NCBI RefSeq assembly: GCF_001194135.2
Contig: NC_068998.1
Span: forward strand, 10,650,653 to 10,714,652
Origin: Octopus bimaculoides
Taxonomy: Eukaryota
Direction: 5' to 3'
DNA: 64,000 nt
Shown: piece after piece, positions 63,651-64,000 of the stretch
How positions within the stretch are numbered: the stretch's first letter is position 1
Layout: each line of letters begins with the position of its first letter
Translations under genes and position numbers: made by a program
The notes under the pieces: model-generated
The model's input: only the letters and a program-made list of their open reading frames with translations
What the model was told of the DNA's origin: nothing
Databases searched by the model: none

Positions 63651-63884
63651 ATGAACCCTACTCTGCAGTATAGTGGACGCTTGATTTTAAAGACATAACC
63701 CAATTTTGACAAAAGGCAGGTGGAAAATGGTCATTATGGAACCGAATGGAACCCAGAACCATAGGGTTGCAAAGCAAGCTTCTTAACTACAGAACTAAGC
63801 TTGCATCGTGGTTAATTAATTAATTAATTGAAACAGTCTCGATAAAAACATAGAAAGTGAAAGAAGTGTTTAAAACACATTCAT

Positions 63885-63929
<45 letters not shown>

Positions 63930-64000
63930 GGAAGATGTAAATTAGAAATAAATTGAACACTTTGACTCATTGACAAACAGTCAGGATTGTTTTAGAGAAT

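Overview
AT-rich, repeat-dense eukaryotic (metazoan) genomic scaffold with 11 N-gaps, most flanked by microsatellites. The tRNA-derived SINEs, MITEs and microsatellite load resemble a coleoid cephalopod (Octopus-like) genome; this is an inference. There are no prokaryotic genes, rRNA, intact tRNA or CRISPR arrays, and most ORF-track entries are N-gap, microsatellite or antisense artefacts. Supportable content: (1) a probable first coding exon on the minus strand (8214-8648, Thr/Ser/Ala-rich, product unknown) in a CpG-rich domain; (2) several short minus-strand exon candidates with good splice sites (53491-53523, 53027-53114, 35250-35297, 29278-29370) that may belong to a second gene; (3) a full-length, decayed U2 snRNA copy (29596-29788, minus); (4) many transposon relics: at least four SINE families, RTE, CR1 and CRE LINE fragments, a mariner transposase fragment, mariner/Tc1, hAT and piggyBac-like MITEs, Helentron-type HINEs, and Penelope-like termini with decayed hammerhead-ribozyme motifs. 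The most interesting oddities are the U2 copy with a nearby 15-nt U2-identical motif, a 33-nt microexon whose two splice sites are perfect reverse complements, recursive-splice-like AG|GTGAG sites, a 402-bp GC-rich sequence captured inside a mariner MITE, and a perfect 112-bp inverted repeat next to a gap. I found no confidently identifiable new biological system; all novelty claims below are hypotheses.
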